From an uncultured virus (IMG/VR IMGVR_UViG_3300025296_001443) (lineage: Duplodnaviria; Heunggongvirae; Uroviricota; Caudoviricetes), in IMG/VR virus record IMGVR_UViG_3300025296_001443: DNA of 20,000 bases. The stretch is one strand, 5' to 3'. The notes beneath the pieces were generated by a model. The model was not told the DNA's origin. It did not search any database and saw only the letters and a list, made by a program, of their open reading frames with translations. A program made the position numbers and the translations under genes. Numbering within the stretch: the first letter of the stretch is position 1; every line of letters starts with the position of its first letter. This document shows positions 8,069-15,189 of this stretch, one piece after another.

Positions 8069-8894
8069 ATATTAAATAATCTAATCTTTCTGAAAGTAAT
8101 CCATTAGGTCTTAATTCGTTACCTGTTACATCTGCCATTTCCCATAAAATATCAATAAATTTAGTAGGAGTTTTTTTATACTTTTCAATAAGATTATTTA
8201 AATTAAAATCTTTATCATCATAATTACTTTTAAATATATTATCTAATTTACTAAAATCATTTTCATAGACATGTCTACTTCCTGCTTGTATATTTAATTC
8301 ACCTAATTTACATTTTAATCCACGTAAATTTAACCAACAAATTATATAAAAAGAGATTGCACTAAAGTTAAAAGTATCATAAGGAGTACCTAACCAGCCG
8401 TCATTACTTCTCATACTAGCAATCGTATGTAACCATAACTCATCACTTGCTTCTCTTAATAAAAATTGTAAAGATAAAGTACAAGGAATATCTTTACTTG
8501 ATCTAGGATTCTCTCTCCATATATTTATAACAGCTTGTCTACTATCATTATCTTTTATTAAAGTATCAATTATATATGAAGTTTGAGTAATGATTTTAGG
8601 ACCATAAGCTCCAAAAAAAGTTACACCATCATCACTAAATCTTTTAACTCCATCAACATATTTAGATACACTTGCAACATCATTTCTACCGCTTAACATC
8701 CATGCTGCTTCACCAAACATAAAACTATAAGATAATTTTCTTTCAGGTATAGTTATAATAGGGTCTTCCATACCTATTTTAAAAGAGTGATTAATTTTTT
8801 CTTTTATATTTAATCCTCTAGGTTTACACATAAACTCAGAACGATTATAAATATCCTCTAACATTTTTTTATATCTAATATTGGTTTCTTTCAT
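8061..8894 (-). CDS. thymidylate synthase-family enzyme, dCMP hydroxymethylase-like
   Basis: 'EAAWMLSG', 'AYGP', 'SRQAVI', 'DIPCT' (Cys138), 'MRSND..LGTPYD' (Asp173 at the base-specificity site) and 'GSRHVYE'. Confidence 0.88.
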   Translation of the reverse strand: MKETNIRYKKMLEDIYNRSEFMCKPRGLNIKEKINHSFKIGMEDPIITIPERKLSYSFMFGEAAWMLSGRNDVASVSKYVDGVKRFSDDGVTFFGAYGPKIITQTSYIIDTLIKDNDSRQAVINIWRENPRSSKDIPCTLSLQFLLREASDELWLHTIASMRSNDGWLGTPYDTFNFSAISFYIICWLNLRGLKCKLGELNIQAGSRHVYENDFSKLDNIFKSNYDDKDFNLNNLIEKYKKTPTKFIDILWEMADVTGNELRPNGLLSERLDYLIYG

Positions 8895-8896
8895 AT

Positions 8897-9103
8897 TTAT
8901 TTTTGATCCTTTTCATCTAAATAAGATTTAACTAATATTTTTATTAATTTAGACATTGAAAATCCTCTTTTCATACAATGTTTTTTTAATCTAGCGTGTA
9001 GTTCAGCTCCTAAACATAAACCCATAACTCCATATCTTCTTGTTGGACTTATAAGTTTTGGTTTTTTTGGCTCTACCAGTTTATCTATTTCATTTATATT
9101 CAT
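8897..9103 (-). CDS. ribbon-helix-helix (CopG/Arc-like) DNA-binding protein
   Basis: Beta-strand 'MGLCL' followed by two helices, 'ELHARLKKHC..RGFSMSKLIKILVKSYL'. Confidence 0.7.
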   Translation of the reverse strand: MNINEIDKLVEPKKPKLISPTRRYGVMGLCLGAELHARLKKHCMKRGFSMSKLIKILVKSYLDEKDQK

Positions 9104-9292
9104 TTAATATTTCACTTTAATTTTATTAGTATCTATCCATTTTGCTAAATTATTTCCTTTTTTATTTTTATACATACATAAAACATTCATTTTAGGAAAT
9201 TTAAGAACTAAAGATTGTAACATTTTTTTAAAAGACATTGCCTCTATCGTTTCTTCTTTATCTTTAGTTTTAATTTTATAAGTGTATCGCAT
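9104..9292 (-). CDS. hypothetical small basic phage protein
   Basis: 62-aa ORF that abuts or overlaps both neighbours. Confidence 0.7.
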   Translation of the reverse strand: MRYTYKIKTKDKEETIEAMSFKKMLQSLVLKFPKMNVLCMYKNKKGNNLAKWIDTNKIKVKY

Positions 9293-9848
9293 AATTTTTC
9301 ATAATTTTATTAGTGAATTCATCTAATTTGTATCCATCTTTAAACATATCATATCTCATAAAATCTTTTCTGTCACGCAGAGGCGATAGCGTGGATAAAA
9401 AATTACTTCGATCAGGTTTACCGAACCAATGATAGTAATAATAATCTACTACTTTATCAATATTATGATATTCTTCATGTCTTAATTCTCTATTAATTCT
9501 ATGATTTTCTTTTACTCTTTCAATATCTTCTGGAATACACCATACATAAAAAGTTTTTTGATCTTTTAATCTATTATATAAAAACCTAGGATTATAACTA
9601 GGTCCATTTCTATAAATATAAGCATAGCATTGTTCACTTGGCCAATGTCTATCTAATAAAACTAATTTTCCTTCTAATTTTTTTCTAATAGCATATCTAG
9701 CACTAGCTGTATGCCACAATTTCATATTCTTATGAACTCTTAAATGCATATAATAAGAGTTTTTATATTTCTTTTTTATATGATTAATTAAAGTAGTTTT
9801 ACCTACACCATCTGGTCCATCAAAAATTATTATTCCATTAGTAGACAT
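9276..9848 (-). CDS. thymidylate/dNMP kinase-like P-loop protein
   Basis: 'IIIFDGPDGVGKTT' Walker A and 'LLDRHWPSE' (the DR motif of TMP kinases). Confidence 0.82.
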   Translation of the reverse strand: MSTNGIIIFDGPDGVGKTTLINHIKKKYKNSYYMHLRVHKNMKLWHTASARYAIRKKLEGKLVLLDRHWPSEQCYAYIYRNGPSYNPRFLYNRLKDQKTFYVWCIPEDIERVKENHRINRELRHEEYHNIDKVVDYYYYHWFGKPDRSNFLSTLSPLRDRKDFMRYDMFKDGYKLDEFTNKIMKNYAIHL

Positions 9849-10858
9849 TTAAAAAATTCTTTCGTTCTTTCTTTCGACCAAAATTTATTTCTTAAAATTT
9901 CAGCTTGATTATTAAATACTTTAATTAACTCATCACTGCTACAATTTTCTAACTTTTCAAGATCATGATAAAAACCTAATACTTTAGTTTCTTCAGGATG
10001 ACCATAAATAATACAACCAGCATCTAATGCCATTTTATATCTTACTCTCCACCAACCACTCCCTTGTAAAGTATGATAATGTGGTGGACTTATTATTCCC
10101 CATATTTTACAGTACTCGGCAAATAATTCATGTTCTTTTAATCTTATCTGTCCTTCTTTTATATTTCCATAAGTTTTCACAGGCCAATTAAAATATTGAT
10201 GTTTTAACCAGTTTTGTTTACTTACTAAACTAGCACAAGCCCATTCTTTTTTTCTTTCGTGAGATTGACTTGAAAATAAATTTATTAAATCAGGATGATC
10301 TAAATGTAAATCACAATAAATTGAAGGATCCCAATTTATAATTTCTTTAGCCCTCATTCCTAAAGTTTCATAATTACCACCATCATATGCTGGAATTAAA
10401 AGTTTATAAGGCCATTCTTCAAAAGCGAATGTATCTACAAAATCTTCTATTTCTTTTTTATAAGCTTGAGCCTCATCCCAATTAACTTTTCCTACTGGAT
10501 TTCCTGCTTTACTTAATTTTTTCCATATTCTCCAATGACCTCTACTAAAAGTTCCAAAACCACTTACTGAATCTTTAGTTTGCCAATCATCTATTGATAC
10601 AATAGCATCGGGTCTTTTAATTAAAGTATATGCTGCACCATACCAGAAACGTGCTGATAAACTATTAGGACCAAATACAAATACAAAAACTTTATCATAT
10701 TGAGAAACATTTTCTCCCGGGACGATTGCTTTTTGAGTTACATCATGCCCTAAATCTTTTAAAACTTTTGGTAATATTCTAGCTGATGTAGATATATTTA
10801 ATGTACTTCTTGCTGTACCTACAGCTAATGCATTAAAGCCTGTTATTAATATTTTCAT
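9830..10858 (-). CDS. putative GT-B fold (DNA) glycosyltransferase
   Basis: Start moved to MKILITG at 10858. N-terminal 'MKILITG...LKDLGHDVT...YDKVFV' and C-terminal 'WGIISPP....SGWWRVRY.MALDAGCII' match the two-Rossmann GT-B layout. About 340 aa, similar in size to phage DNA glucosyltransferases. Fold inferred by eye. Confidence 0.6.
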   Translation of the reverse strand: MKILITGFNALAVGTARSTLNISTSARILPKVLKDLGHDVTQKAIVPGENVSQYDKVFVFVFGPNSLSARFWYGAAYTLIKRPDAIVSIDDWQTKDSVSGFGTFSRGHWRIWKKLSKAGNPVGKVNWDEAQAYKKEIEDFVDTFAFEEWPYKLLIPAYDGGNYETLGMRAKEIINWDPSIYCDLHLDHPDLINLFSSQSHERKKEWACASLVSKQNWLKHQYFNWPVKTYGNIKEGQIRLKEHELFAEYCKIWGIISPPHYHTLQGSGWWRVRYKMALDAGCIIYGHPEETKVLGFYHDLEKLENCSSDELIKVFNNQAEILRNKFWSKERTKEFFKCLLME

Positions 10859-11279
10859 TTTGTTCTTTCTCTTCCTCAACAATTTGATCTATATTAGGAG
10901 CTTGCCAACCTTTAGGTTTAATTACATCAAATGCTGTTCCTCGTTTTTTTGATTTACTTTTAGCTCTTACTTTTTTCATATTAGCTGTTTGTACTGCTTT
11001 CCAAGCTTTTTCAAAAGGTAAATTAAATAACCAGGCAGTACCTAAAGCTATATAAACTATATCAATAAGAGCATCTAATGCTGCAGCATCGTCTTTTTTA
11101 GTTATAGCTTGAGTATATTCAGCTAATTCTTCCATTAAAAAAGAAGTTCTAAAATTAACTAATTCAGAATCATCGGGTATTCCTACTTTTTCATTCTTTT
11201 TAAAACCAAATTTATTATGAAATCTATTTATATCTCCTAATAAATCTTCGTGTAAATTAAAAATATCTGAATTTTTCAT
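10833..11279 (-). CDS. MazG-like all-alpha NTP pyrophosphohydrolase (DR2231/dUTPase-like)
   Basis: 'FH.KFG', 'EELAEY', 'DALIDIVY.A.G', 'AV..ANM.K' and 'KPKGW.AP' motifs. Confidence 0.88.
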   Translation of the reverse strand: MKNSDIFNLHEDLLGDINRFHNKFGFKKNEKVGIPDDSELVNFRTSFLMEELAEYTQAITKKDDAAALDALIDIVYIALGTAWLFNLPFEKAWKAVQTANMKKVRAKSKSKKRGTAFDVIKPKGWQAPNIDQIVEEEKEQNENINNRL

Positions 11280-11449
11280 TTAACACTCTTACTATTTTGC
11301 CAAATGTTATTATTAAATACTTTAATCAACCGGCTAAGTTCTACATTATATTCTTTACCTTGTTTATTGGTAAACATCACCGTACAGTCGTCATGACACG
11401 GTAATTTATTTCCCTTCCAAACTAATGTTACTTTATCTTTATCATTCAT
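11276..11449 (-). CDS. hypothetical 57-aa protein (absent from the ORF track)
   Basis: Translated by hand: MNDKDKVTLVWKGNKLPCHDDCTVMFTNKQGKEYNVELSRLIKVFNNNIWQNSKSVK*. It fills the gap exactly, overlaps the upstream gene by 8 nt and has an ATGA overlap with the MazG-like gene. Confidence 0.75.
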   Translation of the reverse strand: MNDKDKVTLVWKGNKLPCHDDCTVMFTNKQGKEYNVELSRLIKVFNNNIWQNSKSVK

Positions 11450-11636
11450 ATTTTTTAAATGCCATTCTCCAAAGCCATGATCTTGTAATAGATACTCCTG
11501 TAAATATTAAAGCAATTCCAATACTATCCATAATGGTTGGATATAATCCAAAAAATGGAAAAATATAAAGCTGTATTAATATAGCTAAAATAAATCCTGA
11601 TCCCACATCTATAAAACTTTCTATAAAACTTCTCAT
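11442..11636 (-). CDS. small two-TM membrane protein (family often found next to phage methyltransferases)
   Basis: 'S.IES..DV.SGF...' with two hydrophobic segments and 'S..RSW.WR..F'; ATGA-coupled to the MTase. Confidence 0.75.
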   Translation of the reverse strand: MRSFIESFIDVGSGFILAILIQLYIFPFFGLYPTIMDSIGIALIFTGVSITRSWLWRMAFKKYE

Positions 11637-12691
11637 AATAAACTTTCTTGTGTCGGTGCCTTTCTAAAATCTATAATTTGTAAATCTTCTTCTTTTTTAT
11701 TCTTCTCTTTAATACTACTTTTTATTATTCTCGATACATATTCAGCGACAGGTGGCATTACTCCTCTTGCAATTTGTGATCCTATACTAGAAGCTGGTCC
11801 TTCCCATTTATAATCTACTGGAAAACCTGCCATATAAGCTAATTCTTTATGACCAAATAATCTATCTTGAGTAGGATGTATATAAAATCCTCCTGCTATA
11901 ACTGGTATATGTGCATTTTCTTTTAATCTCCATTTCATAAATTGAGGTCTCCCTTTTACTCCTCCACGCATTCCTCCTCTCACCCAAGTTTCAGGTGGAT
12001 TATACCTTTCCCATGTTACTCTTAAACTTTCTCCTTGTTTACAATATTTAAGATAAGGTTTTTCATTTTCTCCTAACTTCATTAAATGTCCTACATCTGA
12101 TCCGTGTTCCTTTTTAAATTGAGCTAAAACTTCTCCAGTTGTAGGTAATGGTTGAAAATTTAAAGAACGTGCATTTAATCCATATTTAGTTGCTATAAAG
12201 AAAAATCTTTTTCTACTATGATTTAAACCAGTAAAGCCTCCATCAATTAATAAGTGAGTAACTTGATAATTTAATTTATTTGCTTCTTTAGTTAATTCCA
12301 TAATCATTGGATATCCTCCATTTTTAGAGTAAATTCGAGGAACTGATTCAATAGCTAAAGCTGTAGGATTTAATTCTTTTAAAAGATTAAAACTATTTCT
12401 CCAACACGCAATTCTAGGATCATCTCTCCATGCTCCTGCTCCTTTCTGTCCTCCTCCTAAATTAGACCAGGGAGCACAAGGAGGATTACAATAAACAAAA
12501 TCAATTTTATTTTTAAATTTTTTTCTAGGCCATTCTTCTTCACCTTCATATACAGGAATATTTGGAAAATTAGCTTTAAAAGTTTTTTTATATAAACCAG
12601 GTTTCATTTCAAAATGAGCTTCAACATCAAAATGTTTACTTACTCCTAAAGTAAATCCACCTGCAAATATGTAACTTCCTAATGCTTTCAT
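11633..12691 (-). CDS. divergent C5-cytosine DNA methyltransferase homolog (possible carboxymethyltransferase)
   Basis: Motif I 'YIFAGGF', IV 'PPCAPWS', VI 'ESV', VIII 'HSRKRFF', IX 'ELAYMAGFP..Y' and X 'QIARGV.PP'. Confidence 0.87.
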   Translation of the reverse strand: MKALGSYIFAGGFTLGVSKHFDVEAHFEMKPGLYKKTFKANFPNIPVYEGEEEWPRKKFKNKIDFVYCNPPCAPWSNLGGGQKGAGAWRDDPRIACWRNSFNLLKELNPTALAIESVPRIYSKNGGYPMIMELTKEANKLNYQVTHLLIDGGFTGLNHSRKRFFFIATKYGLNARSLNFQPLPTTGEVLAQFKKEHGSDVGHLMKLGENEKPYLKYCKQGESLRVTWERYNPPETWVRGGMRGGVKGRPQFMKWRLKENAHIPVIAGGFYIHPTQDRLFGHKELAYMAGFPVDYKWEGPASSIGSQIARGVMPPVAEYVSRIIKSSIKEKNKKEEDLQIIDFRKAPTQESLL

Positions 12692-14199
12692 CTTAATTCG
12701 TAACTATACTTCGTTTCTGGATGCAGTAAGAACAAATTTTTTCTAGCTCTAGTAACAGCTACATAAAAAACTCGATGTTCATCATCTGGTTCCGTATTAA
12801 ATTTTCTCCATGTCTTATAAGAAATATCAGAGATAACTACTACATTATCACTTTCACCACCTTTTATTCCATGAATAGTTGATAATCTTATTCTTGCTTT
12901 ATCTTTAAAAATATCTCCTGATCTAATTAAAGATTCAAACATTAAAATATCTTCAGGATCTAAACCAAAAATAACTTCTTGCCATTCTCCTTGAGCTATT
13001 AGTCCTACATTTTCTTTTAAATATTGAAGAGAAAATTCTATATTTTGATCAATACCTTCTAATTTTTTAAAACCCCTAGTAATTCCAGTTTTACTTTTAA
13101 TGCATTGATATAATTTTTTTAATTCATCAAACGAAATAGTTTCACCTCTATTTAATTTAATCCATGATCTAATAGCAATAACAAATTTATTAGTTTTAAA
13201 TTCGTGATGACTTTTTTCATAAAACCAACCCATTCTTTTACAGTATGCTTCAGCTTTAAATAATTGATAACCTGATCGTGCTAATATAAGCCATTCTCCT
13301 TCTGACATATCTACATCTTCAATAGAATAAATATCAGTTATTGATCCTTGATCCTCCTTGGAAGTCCATTTTTTACTTTGTCTTAAAGAAATTTTATGAG
13401 AAATATCACAAGCTAATTTATGAATAGTTTTTGGTAATCTATAACTTATAGGTAAGACTTTAATATTTCCTTTAATATTTAAAAATCTTTTAACATCAGC
13501 TCCTGCCCAACGATAGATAGCTTGATCATCATCACCTGCTATATATCTAAATTTACAATACTCATTTATTCTTTCTATTACTTTCCATTGTTTAGTTGTT
13601 AAATCTTGAGCTTCATCTACAAAAATAATATCTAATTGTGGAATAGTTTCTTCTTTTATAAAAATATCTAACATATCTGTAAAATCTAAAAGATTTTTAG
13701 ATTTCTTAAAATTCATTAATGCTTTAGAAAAATATTCTTGTTCTTCCCAAGTATGTTCACATTCTAATTCTTTCCATACTTCTTTTAAATCTCTTTCACT
13801 TGACCTTGAAACTTCATCACAGAATAAAAGTAAATCACCTCTTTTATTTCCTACAGATAATCCTGATGTATCTTCTTCAGATACTCCTGACATTTCTACT
13901 CTTGCAATTTCACTAAATTCTTTTACACGTTCTCCTTTAAAAACTTGACCACTATTTATATTTAAAGTTCGATAACATAAACTATGTATAGTTCTAAAAT
14001 ATTCTAATTCATCTTCTGAAAGATTAAACTTTTTAATAACTCTACCTCTTGCCTCTCTAATTGCTCTACGAGTAAAAGAAAAAAATCCAATTTTTTCAGG
14101 TTTATATCCTTCTGCAATTTTTTCTTCTAAAAGTTTTAAAAGAGTTGTAGTTTTTCCTGTTCCAGGACTACCAAAAATTTTAATTGTCTTACTTTCCAT
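12688..14199 (-). CDS. UvrD/Rep-like superfamily 1 helicase
   Basis: 'GSPGTGKTT', 'FRTIHS', 'VDEAQD', 'GDDDQAIY', 'SYRLP', 'STIHGIKGGE' and 'FYVAVTRAR'. Confidence 0.94.
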   Translation of the reverse strand: MESKTIKIFGSPGTGKTTTLLKLLEEKIAEGYKPEKIGFFSFTRRAIREARGRVIKKFNLSEDELEYFRTIHSLCYRTLNINSGQVFKGERVKEFSEIARVEMSGVSEEDTSGLSVGNKRGDLLLFCDEVSRSSERDLKEVWKELECEHTWEEQEYFSKALMNFKKSKNLLDFTDMLDIFIKEETIPQLDIIFVDEAQDLTTKQWKVIERINEYCKFRYIAGDDDQAIYRWAGADVKRFLNIKGNIKVLPISYRLPKTIHKLACDISHKISLRQSKKWTSKEDQGSITDIYSIEDVDMSEGEWLILARSGYQLFKAEAYCKRMGWFYEKSHHEFKTNKFVIAIRSWIKLNRGETISFDELKKLYQCIKSKTGITRGFKKLEGIDQNIEFSLQYLKENVGLIAQGEWQEVIFGLDPEDILMFESLIRSGDIFKDKARIRLSTIHGIKGGESDNVVVISDISYKTWRKFNTEPDDEHRVFYVAVTRARKNLFLLHPETKYSYELR

Positions 14200-15001
14200 T
14201 ATGTTTTGTATATATTTTTCTTAAAGTAGCTCGTTGTTTATCTGATAATAAAATATGTTTATCACCATTTTTATTTACTTTTTCAATTACTGATTGACAA
14301 AAATTATTTTCCCATTCATTTAATTTATTTTTATTAATAGTATTTAAAAAATTAATTAAGTTTTGATATTTATCTCCTTCTATTCTATTTAATAATTCTT
14401 TAGGAATAGCTTGATGAGTAACTCCTTCAATACCTTTTCTTCTCATATGAAAATATAATTCTCTACATAATTGAACATCTAATAAAGCATCGTGATAATT
14501 ATGAACTCCTCTATGAAAAAAATGTTTAAAACATTCTTCTAATTTAGGAAATTTATAATCATTATAATCTGCTTTTAATTTTAATTGATCTTTAGCCATC
14601 ATCATAGTACAATGTAAGTTTTGTGGCTTTTTATAAATAAATTTTAAAATTGATAATTCTCGTTCTAATATTTGTAAATCAAAAGCTAAATTATGAGCAA
14701 TCATTGTATGACATTTACTTATAAAATAAGTCATTATAGATAAAGGATATTGTAAAGCTATTCCAGTATCTTGTGCTTCTTGAGTAGATATTCCATGAAT
14801 ATCTTCAGCTTCTTTAGGAATAATAAAATCAGGCATATCTCTAGATTTAGGTTCTATTCTGCTAGAATATTGAGCTATAATTTTTTCTTTATCATCACAA
14901 ACTTGAAAAGCTATACTTACAAGTCTAGGTTGATCTTTATGATTAAAAAGTAAATCCCTTCTCCATAATCCATTAGTTTCCGTATCAAAAAATATATACA
15001 T
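14189..15001 (-). CDS. DEDDh 3'-5' exonuclease (DnaQ/epsilon-like) with extra C-terminal helical domain
   Basis: 'FFDTETNG', 'IHGIS', 'AHNLAFD' and 'HDALLDV', followed by a tail of about 80 aa containing 'LNEWENNF...LSDKQRATL'. Confidence 0.9.
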   Translation of the reverse strand: MYIFFDTETNGLWRRDLLFNHKDQPRLVSIAFQVCDDKEKIIAQYSSRIEPKSRDMPDFIIPKEAEDIHGISTQEAQDTGIALQYPLSIMTYFISKCHTMIAHNLAFDLQILERELSILKFIYKKPQNLHCTMMMAKDQLKLKADYNDYKFPKLEECFKHFFHRGVHNYHDALLDVQLCRELYFHMRRKGIEGVTHQAIPKELLNRIEGDKYQNLINFLNTINKNKLNEWENNFCQSVIEKVNKNGDKHILLSDKQRATLRKIYTKHNGK

Positions 15002-15189
15002 TATAATCCTTTCGTTAATTTAAATTCAAGACCTTTAATTTCTACTTTTGCGTCTTGTTTATTTTCTTTAAGATAAATTTCCATAAACAAACAAGCTGCT
15101 GTTAATGCTTGTACATCAGCTTTGTAATTTGGATCACTATATTTTTGTGCATGTTTTAGTAAAACATTTATTGCTGCTATCTTATTCAT
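15001..15189 (-). CDS. hypothetical phage protein
   Basis: 62 aa, GGAGG RBS, overlaps both neighbours (TAATG coupling downstream). Confidence 0.7.
   Translation of the reverse strand: MNKIAAINVLLKHAQKYSDPNYKADVQALTAACLFMEIYLKENKQDAKVEIKGLEFKLTKGL

Noticed and set aside
8061..8894. Annotation as ordinary thyA
   Set aside because: It has Asp instead of Asn at the specificity position, PCT/RSND motifs, and a modification-gene context.
11633..12691. Restriction-modification system
   Set aside because: No adjacent restriction endonuclease; the only PD-(D/E)xK protein is a resolvase-type gene about 8 kb away.
14771..14953. 60-aa plus-strand ORF
   Set aside because: Antisense shadow of the DEDDh exonuclease.
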